Source of the DNA: Lingula anatina
Taxonomy: Eukaryota > Animalia > Brachiopoda
Assembly (NCBI GenBank): GCA_051362555.1
Contig: CM120644.1
Coordinates: 15,522,534 to 15,586,533 of the forward strand
Length of the DNA stretch: 64,000 bases
Direction: 5' to 3'
Below, in pieces: positions 25,901-38,591 of the stretch; position 1 is the stretch's first letter, and each line of letters opens with the position of its first letter. The notes below the pieces were generated by a model that was not told the DNA's origin, made no database searches, and saw only the letters and a program-made list of their open reading frames with translations. Position numbers and translations under genes: made by a program.

Positions 25901-28445
25901 AACTCGATATGGCGATTCTCAATAGAGCTTCCACTGACAACTACAAGGAGAAGAGGGCCACATCTACACTTTAGCGACTCCCATCAATCATTGGTGCCAG
26001 AGAGTTCCGCCACGGTCTGTCTACGAGGTGGCTGCATTCATGAAGCGTCCAGCGAGTCCCGCCATGGTCCGTCTACGAGGTGGCTGCATTGGAGGAGCGT
26101 GCAGCGAGTCCCGCCATGGTCCGTCTACGAGGTGGCTGCATTGGAGGAGCGTCCAGCGAGTCCCGCCATGGTCCGTCTACGAGGTGGCTGCATTGGGGAA
26201 GCGTCCAAGGTATGTAGTGTTTAACTGAAATGGAAAAACCTTTAATGTAAGCCTGACCGCAAAGTGCTGACATAGGTAGAAAAAGACATGAATCCGTTTT
26301 TCTTTTTGTTAACAGAACTCGATACGGCGATTCTCGATAGAGCTTCCACTGACAACTGCAAGGAGAAGAGGGCCACATCTACGCTTCAGCGACTCCGATC
26401 CTTTGGTGCCAGAGTTCCGCCATGGTCCGTCTACGAGGTGGCTGCATTGGGAGAGCTTCTAGCGAGTCCAACCATGGTCCGTTTGCGAGGTGGCTGCATT
26501 GGAGGAGCGTCCAGCGCGTCCTGCCATGGTCCGTCTACGAGATGGCTGCATTGGGGAAGCGTCCAAGGTATGTAGTGTTTAACTGAAATGGAAAAACCTT
26601 AAATGTAAGCCTGATCGCAAAGTGCTGACATAGGTAGAAAAAGACATTAATCCGTTTTTCTTTCTGTTAACAGTACTCGATACGGCGATTCTCGATAGAG
26701 CTTCCACTGACAACTGCAAGGAGAAGAGGGCCACATCTACGCTTCAGCGACTCCGATCCTTTGGTGCCAGAGAGTTCCGCCACGGTCTGTCTACGAGGTG
26801 GCTGCATTGGAGGAGCGTGCAGCGAGTACCGCCATGGTCTGTCTACGAGGTGGCTGCATTGGGAGAGCTTCCAGCAAGTCCTACCATGGTCCGTCTACGA
26901 GGTGGCTGCACTGGAGGAGCGTCCACGGCATGTGGTGTTTCACTGAGATGAAAGGTAAGCCTGACTGCAGAGTGCTTACATAGGTTGGATAAGTCATTAA
27001 TCCGTTTTTCTTTCTGTTAACAGAACTCGGTTATGGCGATTATCGAGAGAGCTCCGGCTACAGGAAGGAGAAGAGGACCACATCTATGCTTCAGCGACTC
27101 AATCATTGGTGCCAGAGAGTCCATCCATGGTCCGTCTACGAGGTGACTGCATTCAGGAAGCGTCCAGCGAGTCCCGCCATGGTCCGTCTACGAGGTGGCT
27201 GCATTGGAGGAGCGTGCAGCGAGTCCCGCCATGGTCCGTCTACGAGGTGGCTGCATTGGAGGAGCGTGCAGCGAGTCCTGCCATGGTCCGTCTACGAGGT
27301 GGCTGCATTGGAGGAGCGTGCAGCGAGTCCCGCCATGGTCCGTCTACGAGGTGGCTGCATTGGAGGAGCGTGCAGCGAGTCCCTCCATGGTCCGTCTACG
27401 AGGTGGCTGCATTGGAGGAGCGTGCAGCGAGTCCCGCCATGGTCCGTCTACGAGGTGGCTGCATTGGAGGAGCGTCCAGCGAGTCCCGCCATGGTCCGTC
27501 TACGAGGTGGCTGCATTGGAGGAGCGTGCAGCAAGTCCCGCCATGGTCCGTCTACGAGGTGGCTGCATTGGGGAAGCGTCCAAGGTATGTAGTGTTTAAC
27601 TGAAATGGAAAAACCTTAAATGTAAGCCTGATCACAAAGTGCTGACATAGGTTGAAAAAGACATTAATCCGTTTTTCTTTCTGTTAACAGAACCCAATAT
27701 GGCGATTCTCGATAGAGCTTCCACTGACAACTGCAAGGAGAAGAGGGCCACATCCACGCTTTATCGACTCCGATCCCTAGGTGCCAGAGAGATCCGCCAT
27801 GGTCCGTCTTCGAGGTGGCTGAATTGGGGAAGCGTCCACGGCATGTGGCGTTTCACTGAGATGAAAGGTAAGCCTGACTGCAGATTGCTTACATAGGTTG
27901 GATAAGTCATTAATCCGTGTTTCTTTCTGTTAACAGAACTCGGTTATGGCGATTCTCGAGAGAGCTCCGACTACAGGAAGGAGAAGAGGACCACATCTAT
28001 GCTTCAGCGACTCAATCAATGGTGCCAGAGAGTCCCTCCAAGGCCCGTCTACGAGGTGGCTGCATTGGGGGAGCGTGCAGCGCGTCCCGCCATGGTCCGT
28101 CTTCGAGGTGGCTGCATTGGAGGAGCGTGCAGCGAGTCCCGCCATGGTCCGTCTACGAGGTGGCTGCATTCAGGAAGCGTGCAGCGAGTCCCGCCATGGT
28201 CCGTCTACGAGGTGGCTGCATTGGAGGAGCGTGCAGCGAGTCCCGCCATGGTCCGTCTTCGAGGTGGCTGCATTGGAGGAGCGTCCAGCGAGTCCCGCCA
28301 TGGTCCGTCTACGAGGTGGCTGCATTGGGGGAGCGTGCAGCGCGTCCCGCCATGGTCCGTCTTCGAGGTGGCTGCATTGGAGGAGCGTGCAGCGAGTGCC
28401 GCCATGGTCCGTCTACGAGGTGGCTGCATTGGAGAAGCGTCCAAG
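25901..28445 (+). repeat. Six tandem exon-intron-like cassettes containing about 28 copies of a 52-bp GC-rich minisatellite
   Basis: Monomer GAGTCCCGCCATGGTCCGTCTACGAGGTGGCTGCATTGGAGGAGCGTGCAGC. Cassettes start after a pyrimidine-rich ...GTTAACAG acceptor at 25900, 26315, 26673, 27023, 27690 and 27936 and hold about 4, 3, 3, 9, 1 and 8 monomers. Donors CCAAG|GTATGT at 26209, 26567, 27584 and 28445. Confidence 0.95.
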
Positions 28446-28628
28446 GTATGTGGTGTTTAAATGAGATGGAAAACCCCTAAAGGTAATCCGTGTTATTGGG
28501 GAGAGAAATAGAGGAAATTTATTATTTCAGTTGCAGTCTTTTCCATAAACTTTTCATCCTATTGGCCATTCGGACCTGAACTTTCCCAAAAACTAATGGT
28601 CTGAGTCAAGATTTTCTGGTCCGAATAC

Positions 28629-28776
<148 letters not shown>

Positions 28777-28919
28777 AAAACCTTGACATTTTTAGCATTG
28801 TGATGTAACAGTTACATTAAAAATTAAATTAAATTAAGTTGCTTTGAGTACCTTTTAAAAATCTTATGGTTATTTCTAAATACAGTATTAATAGTAATTG
28901 GAAAGTGTTACCGTTTTAG

Positions 28920-29069
28920 AGAAAAGATGAAATGAGACCCTGGAAAATCGCAACGTGAAAACAAAGCAAGAAGTGCTGTAACCTAATAGTGCTGGGTTTG
29001 CCTTATAAGAGCACAGACGATGACTTAAAGACTTATTTCTCACGGTTTGGTGAAGTCATCATGGCACAG
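28920..29069 (+). pseudogene. TARDBP: TDP-43 (TARDBP) pseudo-exon: NLS/linker remnant plus N-terminal part of RRM1
   Basis: 28971-29069 translates [33 protein letters not shown], compared with remembered human TDP-43 [33 protein letters not shown]. It ends at CAG|GT, the exon boundary recalled for TARDBP. The upstream part ([16 protein letters not shown]) has TGA at 28928-28930 and a frameshift near 28970. Confidence 0.88.
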
Positions 29070-32000
29070 GTACTCATTGCTACTTATTAATATCGCTGAT
29101 ATATGGGGTTCATTAAAAAGTTTATTCAAAGTTGATCTTTAATTTTAGACCAAAAGGATTAAAATGGAGCAGTTCAGAGTCAATAATAGTATCAAATGAT
29201 TGTAATTTCGTTCTTCTAATAAAGTTAATTACTATTTTAAGTGAACTGCTTATGCTTTTAACACACTGTTTATGGAAATTAAACCACAACAGTTCACTTT
29301 TGTTCGTACCTTAAAATGTTGAACTCAAGTCAGATTGATAGAAAACAAACCAGGGAAACTAATGTCTTCTAAATTTGTTTTATAGTTGAGGGAGATCATT
29401 GGTGACCGCCTGGCCGGACGATGGTCCACATCAGCAAATGGGATTTCAAGAGCCCTTGCCTAGTTGTGATACCATTGGAACTTGGGACCCTTAAAGGTAA
29501 GTTATGGGCCAGGGTAGAGGGTGAACAATGAACTTAATTGTCATTTATTCTATGCACATTACAAATCTTTTGTCAATGCAAATTCAAGAAACTGGAAAAT
29601 TTGTGCAACGCCTTAGACATAATTGTTTTAAATCAGAACGAAGAATTTTAGAACCCAAAAGCTCTTTCAATCTGTTGCAAACTTGAAAAAAAAGCACTCA
29701 CATGCAAGAAACTCATTATAGTGGTCAAAAACTTTTTAATTTATCAGAAACTTGCAAAATAAAATTTAAAAAATGCAAAGTATTTTGACATCCCATCGAC
29801 CAACTTTCAGATCTCCATCAGTGACACACATGGCGTTGTCACTGGTCTGAATACCAGGAGTTACTACCCCCAACCTCGCCCTCGGTGCTGCGGCTGTGGT
29901 ACTAAGGGACCTTGCCGGTGAGCATGTATTTTCATCTGTTTATATTGTTCAGATCATTAGGTGTTTTTGTGATTTATATTCCTTCCTTAATCCCTCTTAT
30001 TTTCTATTTGCTTTCTTTTTGTAGAATCTTAGCACTCTCCTAAATCATGTGGTTTTCTTGTGTTGTGTTATAGAAATATAATATAATAAAATAAAAAATA
30101 TATTCATTTTAAGAACCAAAGCATTATGAAACATCAAAATACTAGAGTTAACGGTGTGTAAATACCAGTGAAATAGATGTTCTTTGTTGCAATTACTGCA
30201 AGCTTTCAATTACTTTTCATACTTTTTGTGTGAACACGTTACAATTCATTTGTAGGCTACGAAAGGGCAGTTTTCCAGAAATGATGCCCGAACGCAGATG
30301 CCATCAATCCTAGCCCAAATGTCCAAGATGTGAAACACTTAATGACGCTAGCAACGAGCCCCTGTTGCCACTTCATTGATGATCGGAAGTCCTAGCAATC
30401 TTGGTTTTTAAGGACACAGCCTGTCTGCAAAAATATTTTAGAGAATGTGGAACGGTAGTGAAGAGCGATATACTGAATGTAAGAGCAATACAATCTAATG
30501 ATGTACTCGAGTCTTATATATTGAACAGTTTTGCGCTTTATGGGTCACAGATATGAGTCGGGTATAATTGTATTAAAGTTTTATTTTTTCACTTTGAGAG
30601 TGAAACATTTTATTCCAATAGCTTAGGAGAAAACTGAAGTTCAGTATGATCATAATTCTATAAATGTTCAATTGAATGACATGAATTGTGGTTCTGTGTG
30701 AAAAAATTGTCTGCTTCTACAGTTGTTATTAAAATTTAAAATAGAATATCCAGTTGCTTTATCCACATTCAAAATGCAGATAAGTTTTCGCTCGCAAAAC
30801 ATTGTTATTATCACCACTTATGGTCGTCTGTGTTTCATTTCAATCTTAGTGATGTAGTCATTTTTCAAATTTGTGCTTTTGATGATGTGGAGTTGTTCGT
30901 CAGTATAACGTTTGAGAAGATCATAAGCCGCACACTAACCTCAAGTAACCCGCGCATTACTAATATTACTAATATATTATGATTTTCTCAAGTGTTATAG
31001 TTGACAAACATATCCAATTCATCATATATGCACCTTTTTCTCCGGACTCAAGAATTCATATTGAAATTTGCGTGGACGGTCATACAGTGTAGTGTGAAAT
31101 ATGAAATATGTCGAAGCAAGCTTGCTTTTCTTGTATCACATAGCTAGTTGCGATTTCAGGGCAAAATTACATTTGAGAAACTTCTATTTTAAACAGTGAT
31201 ATGTTAATTTCAGTCGTTGAGTTGTCTGGGTAATAATCATATTACCTGAACTTTTGTGTATTTTATCACGAGAGAGAACTATACCAGGTTTTGATGTATG
31301 CTTTCTGTTCTAAATGGATCGAGTTACTTTATTTATGACTTCATATTCCTAGATGAAGTTAAAATAAGTCTCGGTTTAATTGTGTTAAAACTTTAATAAA
31401 TGTCTCGTCGTCAGTACCTTTTTCAGTAGGAATTACATGTACTTTGGTAAATTATTCTGCTTCATCTTGTGTACCACTATAGTGTATACAGAGAATAGTT
31501 TGTAGTCACGAGAGAAAATTATTCAGTTGCACCATGCTGTCTAAAACGGACGATATGAACTGTAAGGTGCCCTGCCAATAAAAAAACTGAAGTTTTCGCG
31601 TTTTTAAGACTGAAGTTTCCGGGCGTGGGCATTTTCCCGGCATTCCCCACGAAGGGTTTAGACGGGTTTTTCCCCACGGCCCGAGGGCATCGGGTACTAC
31701 CATTTATTGATTCATTGCATTCACATGATTCATTTATGATTACTAAAGTACTTGACATTGAATGTTACTGTATACAATAGTTGAATAAAAATACATTCTC
31801 TAATTTTTCTTTTTGTTTTGAAAAAAAGGCGTGTACAGATGGGGAAAATAATCACCAGACTTGCAAATTTATTTTAGTGGAGTTGCATGCCTATGGACGT
31901 GGCTCGTTTAATAATCAGTCGAAATTCTTTTCAATTGTCCCTTCTCAATTTAAGATTTGGCGATTTCTGCCACGGAGCTTTTTTTCCTCAAAACTAGTAA

Positions 32001-32782
32001 TGTACCTTTCTTCCTTAAAAGTAGTAATGTTGGCAATGCCCAGGTAATAAAATAATTTTTTGGAAATGAACCTGCGGTGTTGCGTAACTTTTTCGCCGGG
32101 CATAACTCGAGCCGATACCTAGACAATCCTGAGTTTGATTAGAGCCCCCAAAGTCAACCGTCTTACATAAATATATTCTGCTGTAGATGTAAGAAACAAA
32201 CACCTCTCGATGTTACTGAAGGAGTACTTAATATATAGGGGCGGATCCAAGATTTTAGAAGGGGGTCGTTTTTATTGATTCCCCCAACCCACGAAAAAAA
32301 GCACTTTTTAAAATTCGGTGAGTTGACGGAACGATTCGAATCAAGCATTAAATAATTTAATTTTAAATTAATATATTAGCATTAAACTCAATAAATTTAC
32401 GATTCAGGACTCGGATATTTTCGATATGTAAGAGTTTTTGTCGCATACTCGATTGACAGACCACATCTTTAGAAGATGATCTTGCGTTATAATCAGCTAT
32501 GACTGAGTAAAGAGAAGCAAGACAGTCGAAAGTAAAGGCCGAAAGTAGGTCGATGGCATTGAAAGTCACATACTCACAGGGCCCATTTTGGGCACTTTTT
32601 ACTTTAAGTAGAGAATTCCTGTTTAAATATAAAATTTTGCATACTTCAAGATTACTTATTACCGTTTACAGCCACTCAAAGGCAGTCAGTTGGGACATTT
32701 GATGCCACTCGCGCTGTAGCCGTCTTGGAAACGTATATTTCGATCGTTAGGCCCTATATTTCAAATGATTGAAGCTGTAGGT

Positions 32783-34470
32783 ATAATAATAATAATATAA
32801 TAATAATAATATAATATTTATTTCTTATATAGCGCATTCCATTTTTTACATTTCAATGCACTTTACAAATAATTAAAAAGTCTAAAAATAACAATACTAA
32901 AATACTTTAACATTTACTGATAAAATTAATTAATTAAAGAAAGCAGAGAAAATTTATTGATATAACTTTAAAATACTACTAAAATTAACCCAAGCTCACT
33001 CTTAATAAATGATAAACAACTAAAAGGTTTAAAGGAACACTAGCCATAAAATTCTTTAAAAAGATGAGTTTTAAGACAGGCTTTAAAAGTATTATAGTCA
33101 CTTTCAGCTCTGATACTAAAAGGCAATTTGTTCCACAATTTTGGAGCATAAACAGTAAAAGCCCGGTCTCCATAGAATTTGTTGCATTTTCTGTCTATTT
33201 CACAGTGATTGAGTATAAAATTGTTTTCAAAAGAGTTTCTTGTTAACCTGCGTGGTTCAGATGACTGAATAAGATGTGCAATATAACCAGGTGTGTTTTC
33301 TTTAAAAGCTCTAAAAATTATGCACAACACTTTGAATAAAATTCTTTGTTTGATTGGCAGCCAATGCAATTCCTTTAACACTGGAGTGATATGATCCAAG
33401 CTCTGGTTCCTTATCTTTTTAACTAATCTGGCCGCTGAATTTTGAATCAATTGGATTTTTTTCAATTTGCTGTCACTCACCCCAAAAAGAATACTGTTGC
33501 AATAATCTAATTTTGATGTAATAAAAGCATGAACTAATTTTGTAGTTGTTTCTATATTTAGTAAATTCCGAATCTTCCCTATTCTCCACAGTGAAAAAGA
33601 TGCCGACTTACAAACATTGTCTATATGCTTGTCAAAGATCCCAGCTGAATCAAAAAACACACCTAAATTTCTAGCACTGACAGATGCTTTCACAGACACA
33701 TTGCCAATGCGAACATTAGTGTTAGTAGCACAGTCCTTTCTATCTTTAAATTTAGATGAAAACCAGATTATTTCCGTTTTAGTGTCATTTAGAGCCAGCT
33801 TATTTGAAAGCATCCACACCCGGATCTCATCAATACATTTCTCTATGTCTGACACTACAGAATAATCACACCGACTATCACAAGTTACATAAATCTGAGT
33901 ATCATCAGCAAAAATTGTGGTCTGAAGATTGTGCTTAGAAATGATCTCCTCAAGAGGCACCATATAGAGTGAAAAAAGTAGTGGGCCTAACACCGATCCC
34001 TGCGGAACACCATATTTCAGGGTTTCAGGGGCAGAAAGAAGGGAATTAATTTCCACTTTTTGTGTTCTTCCCTTTAAGTAAGAGCTCAACCAATCAATCG
34101 CCATTCCTGTAATGCCAAACCTGCACTGCAAACGTTGTAGTAAAATATCATGGTCAATCGTGTCGAAAGCAGCAGAAAGATCCAAGAGGACCAAGATGAC
34201 ATCACAGTGATTGTTTAATGAGAGCATGATATCATTTTGAACCTTTAGCAGGGCTGTTTCAGTACTATGACCCGTTCTGTAGGCTGATTGGAATTTACCA
34301 TACAGAGAATGAGCTGTTAAGTAGTTGTTCAGTTGCGAGAATGCCATTTTTTCCAGAAATTTACTAATGAAAGAGCAGTTGGAAATTGGTCTATAGTTTT
34401 TCAGTTCGTTTCTTTCAAGACTGCTCTTCTTTAAGAGAGGCTTTACAACAGCAGTTTTACAGAGATCAGG
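32783..34470 (-). mobile_element. 5'-truncated non-LTR retrotransposon (L2/CR1 group)
   Basis: RT ORF on the minus strand followed by a 3' UTR ending ...GAATGCGCTATATAAGAAATAAA and a (TAT)n-like tail at about 32783-32820. The 5' end is truncated just upstream of the KPLLKK...NYRPISN motif. No TSD seen. Confidence 0.92.
33040..34347 (-). CDS. LINE ORF2 reverse transcriptase, C-terminal part (the frame stays open upstream to about 34470)
   Basis: Motifs QSAYRTGHSTETAL, LLDLSAAFDTIDH, GVPQGSVLGPLLF, FADDTQIY, LDYCNS and HITPVLKELHWLP, with no internal stops. Confidence 0.95.
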   Translation of the reverse strand: MAFSQLNNYLTAHSLYGKFQSAYRTGHSTETALLKVQNDIMLSLNNHCDVILVLLDLSAAFDTIDHDILLQRLQCRFGITGMAIDWLSSYLKGRTQKVEINSLLSAPETLKYGVPQGSVLGPLLFSLYMVPLEEIISKHNLQTTIFADDTQIYVTCDSRCDYSVVSDIEKCIDEIRVWMLSNKLALNDTKTEIIWFSSKFKDRKDCATNTNVRIGNVSVKASVSARNLGVFFDSAGIFDKHIDNVCKSASFSLWRIGKIRNLLNIETTTKLVHAFITSKLDYCNSILFGVSDSKLKKIQLIQNSAARLVKKIRNQSLDHITPVLKELHWLPIKQRILFKVLCIIFRAFKENTPGYIAHLIQSSEPRRLTRNSFENNFILNHCEIDRKCNKFYGDRAFTVYAPKLWNKLPFSIRAESDYNTFKACLKTHLFKEFYG

Positions 34471-35408
34471 ATATAAAATCCATCCCTGTGAAATACACCG
34501 CTACCAATTCCATGTCAAAAAGATACCCTCTACCAGGGCGACAGATTGATTTTCCACAGATATTCACAAATAAATAAATAGACAGTCATTTTTGTCTGAT
34601 GTCAAAAATATCCACAGTAATAACGTACTGCGGCGGCCCTGGCATTTGTTGACGGCAGCAATGATGGCTTGCCCTGCAACCAGCATAGGAGATAGACTTT
34701 CGCCATCGATGATTGGTTCTAAAGTTTGCCAAATATAAATTTAGCATGATGGAGACAGTTGTCACGCATATTTCCATATTGCAACGTGTATAAGGGAATC
34801 TTCGAAAAACTGCAACGCAGAGATATTAGGCAGCTTTTTCGTATTCTTTGAAAAGGTGACATTTTTCTACCAGTTTTATTCTTTTTGGATATATAGGCAT
34901 ATCAGTCCATTCAGATAATTACGAAAAAAAATGGTGGTAACGACGAGGCCACATATATATAGGAGTTTTAATGAATAATAGGTCGAATGGCGCAACACTC
35001 ACGGCCTTGTGCTAAATGTTCCGGATAACGAAAGAAATGGTTGCATATTTTACTCCGTGGAGACTCGTCCTGGCGTTGAGTAGAGTATAGAAAAGCTGGT
35101 GAACGTTGGAAAAAAAAAAGGAGTGTTAATCTGTTAAACCCCCTTTACACTGGACGGCATCCTTTTTGAGTCCTTTATACGGCCATTACACTGGCTTGCA
35201 GAATGAATGCTCAATGATCGGCCAGCTGTCGGCACGTTAAGTATTAGTTAGTTTTCTTATTTTATTTTACATTCAAACGGGCCCATGCTACGGGACGCAG
35301 AAAGAACGCCGTCGAGTGTAAAGTTGGCTCTACAAAAAATAAATAAATAAATAGAATAGAATAAAAAAGTGATACATTAAATAGAAAAAAATACGAGCGA
35401 AGTACCAA

Positions 35409-35899
35409 CCCAGCAGGCATAGTCGCGTTGGATCAACGTTGAAAACAGGTTGATACGTTGAATTGCCGTTGATCTACCTAAATTCAACGTAAAATCAACG
35501 TTGATTCAGCCACGTCAAAACACCGTCATAATGTGACGCTGACTCAACGTTGTATTTTGGTTACTGACACAACCTTGCAGACATGGATTGTAATTTAAAA
35601 TATTAATTATTGAAAACGTGATACTTTGTTTATCAATACTGTAACTAACTTTATCAAAATAATAAAAGAAGTGTTTTAAAGTAAAAGTGACAGTTAACTG
35701 TTTTGTGTCTTTAGTGAACTAGTGAATTTTCTTAACTTGTTATTCAAAAATACATTCCAATAAACTTCCTTTCAAGATCAGCTAACACTGGGATGAATTA
35801 GTTCCTGTAAATGTGAGTGAGTGAAGTTAACAGTTAAAGTTGACAGTTCTCGGTACCCTGTTATAGATAGACAGCTAGGTTGAGGTGACTGTGACTTTG

Positions 35900-35966
<67 letters not shown>

Positions 35967-36357
35967 TTGGAAATTTCAACTTAAAGGCCATACATATATA
36001 CCCTACATGTATTTAGCCATCAATCATGTCCTACTGCTAAACAAATCCAGGCTAAAAAGGTGTACCATGCTTAGGTGCAAAACATGCTTAGGAGCTAAAT
36101 GCGTTGAAAAAATCAGACAAAGCATGCGCAGGCACTTGGATGTTTTTACAGTGTGCCTGTGTTTTGTACCAAAAATAAAAACATTTCAGGTCATTATAAT
36201 GTCTTTTCATGCAAGAATGTTGTCTAACAACTGGGGTTTATACAATGTTGTTATCTGACGTTGAGTCAACTTTCAAATCCAATGTTTATCCAACGTCATA
36301 ACAACATTATGGTTCAACGTTGTTTCAACGTTAAAAAAACATAAATTGCTCGCTGGG
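35409..36357. mobile_element. CCCAG-ended EnSpm-like non-autonomous element with a nested fragment
   Basis: Termini CCCAGCAGGCA and TGCTCGCTGGG, AA on both flanks, and clusters of CAACGTTG subterminal repeats at both ends. Confidence 0.7.
35600..36153 (-). mobile_element. Partial inverted copy of the CACTG element at 11669-13060
   Basis: Ends in GTTTTTACAGTG. The stretch GTTGACAGTTCTCGGTACCCTGTTATAGATAG at about 35839-35900 is the reverse complement of about 11900-11965. (TA)n sits where the other copy has (CA)n. Left boundary approximate. Confidence 0.75.
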
Positions 36358-38591
36358 AAACTGTTTGTAGACTAATATTATTGTGACATAAAAAAGTTTT
36401 TACAGGTAGATGTATTGTCCTGGTATAATACACCTGACCTAGATCCACGTAATCATCACAACCAAATCAATACACGCAGAAGTGCTTAAGCAATCTCACT
36501 TACCCTAATTTCACAGGGAAAGACTCATGGTCGTCAACATCTCAGGGGACTTTCTATCAACGATCGAAATAGATCGAAAACCCCACCTAAATGTGAGGAA
36601 TTCACTATCTGCACACATATATTAACATATTCAAAAAGGTAAGGCGTCTCATTAATTTCTAGCTCATTCTAACCATAACAACTAGTATTACAAAAGCAAA
36701 TATCTGATAATATTAAACCTCTTTTCAGTTTTGTTTTGCGCACGTCTTGAGCTACGTGACTGTTGAGTTAACAGGTTTGGCAGGGTTTTTTTTCCTGGAA
36801 ATCGGACATGTTTGGTTTTGTATGCAGCCTACCCAATACCTAAAGGTGCTGTATTTTATCCTGTATGATTCCTACCAGCTGTTTTAAAACTGCAACTTGA
36901 CAATGCAATATTTAACAGCTGGAATCGCGCAAAGGTGACTAATTGAAGTGTGAGTTAAACTTTAAAAAGGTTTCATCGCAGAATTTACCACAATCGCTAT
37001 ATGGGTGCAACAAATACGCACCCCATTTATTTATTTGTTTAAAAAGAAAAAAATAGGAAAATAACACAAAGAGAATCCTGTCACATTTTGATGAAAAAAA
37101 TAAATAAGGTGCTGCATCAGTTTATCGATCCGAAGCCACACGGAAGACGTACGGCAGCTGGACTGGGACTGAAAGGGCTCCGTACGATTTAACATCCGAC
37201 TGAAAAACTAATTTTTCCATAAGTGACCTCCGCGACGCGGAGTTTGAAGTTTGAACTAAGAATATCTTGCAATCGAAAGTCACTGCCACAGCACAAGCAA
37301 CTTTCTGCTTTAAAAACCGATTTTCCGTATGAGATTTATTTTTCACAATAAAAACATTGTAAACAACTCATAGAAATATGATATATTCTGTTTTACCACA
37401 AAAACGGCAGTTATAGCTATTTTTCTTATATCTGAGCTTGTCATCGGTCCACCTCACCTCCATAGATGGCTATACTTTGTAATAATCTCTGAAGAAATTA
37501 TTACAAAAAAAAAAAAAAAAAAAGAAAAAAAAATAGGGAAAAAAAGAAAAAACTCTGGGACTTACTTTGGATGTAGAAATGGATTCATTAATCATTGGTA
37601 AGTAATGGATTCATTAATCATTGGTAAGTATGGAAAAATTGTTGTTTACTCCAGGAAAAATTATTATAGCAAAAACGAACAGTTACTATCCCTTTAAGTT
37701 GCAGAAGTGAATAACTTGTTTCCTGCGTACTGTTTTCTGTGCCATGCATATATCATCCACCGAGCTTAAACCTGTGAAACATCAAGTCGGGAGTTATAGG
37801 GGCCTACACAATCATGCCCGGTTTTAAGCAATGCCGTTGGTTACCAAATAATAGCGAAAACTAAAAAAGTGTAGTACCAAAAACACCAAAAATATATTCA
37901 TTCGCATAAATCTTATAGTACTTTCACAATAAAAACATCTCCCAAACACCATTTTCAAAAAAATACCAACAGCATCCCATTTGCACATTACAAATATATA
38001 AAAAGATGTTATGGAACCCCTACAGCTAATGCAAAAGTTTGATTCAATATTCTTTATAATATTTGATATAAGTGGTAGGCAGTATATAATAATAACATAA
38101 TTTCCAGGATTTGCTAGTAGTGGCCTCTTACAGAATTATACTGGATCCATTATCGTTTTTGCATTAAAGACACGTCCCAATTATAATCACTGGGCCAGTT
38201 AAGATTCCCTTTTGCACTTGCGTAATTAAAAAAAAAAAACTGTCACAAGTGTTGTATTATGACAAATTAATCTGATCTTAAGCCCACATATATTATTTAG
38301 TGCCAACAACTGAAAATCAAGAAAAAGATATTATTAGTTATTGGTATTAATCATCAAACCATCAAATCATTCTTTTAAGAAGAATAATAAGTAGTTTTCT
38401 TTTCATAATGTTTGTGGTGGCAGTGCTCAAAGTAAGGTTTTTGACAATTTTAATGCAAAATTACATAATGATAAACAGCATTGTGATACCAGTATGTACT
38501 TGTACATCTGCCCTTAACAAAATAACTGACAAATGATATTATGAATATCTTTTAAACAATTTTTTTTCTTTTTACTCTTTTACAGATTGAA

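Noticed and set aside
26010-28445. RLRGG in the minisatellite translation as a ubiquitin C-terminus or deubiquitinase-cleaved polyprotein
   Set aside because: No ubiquitin-like sequence precedes it, and the same bases are more simply explained by TDP-43 NTD VRL..G.LH, given the adjacent TARDBP exon. Not formally excluded.
25901-28445. CRISPR-like repeat array
   Set aside because: Monomers are contiguous without unique spacers, there are no cas genes, and the context is eukaryotic.
29811-29917. TDP-43 RRM2 remnant
   Set aside because: It has good splice sites but no convincing RNP motif in any frame, so it is kept only as an orphan exon candidate.
36840-37700. Possible Kolobok-like element (TAAAGGTGCTG ... 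CCCTTTAA)
   Set aside because: The ends pair over only a few bases and a TTAA TSD is not clean on both sides.
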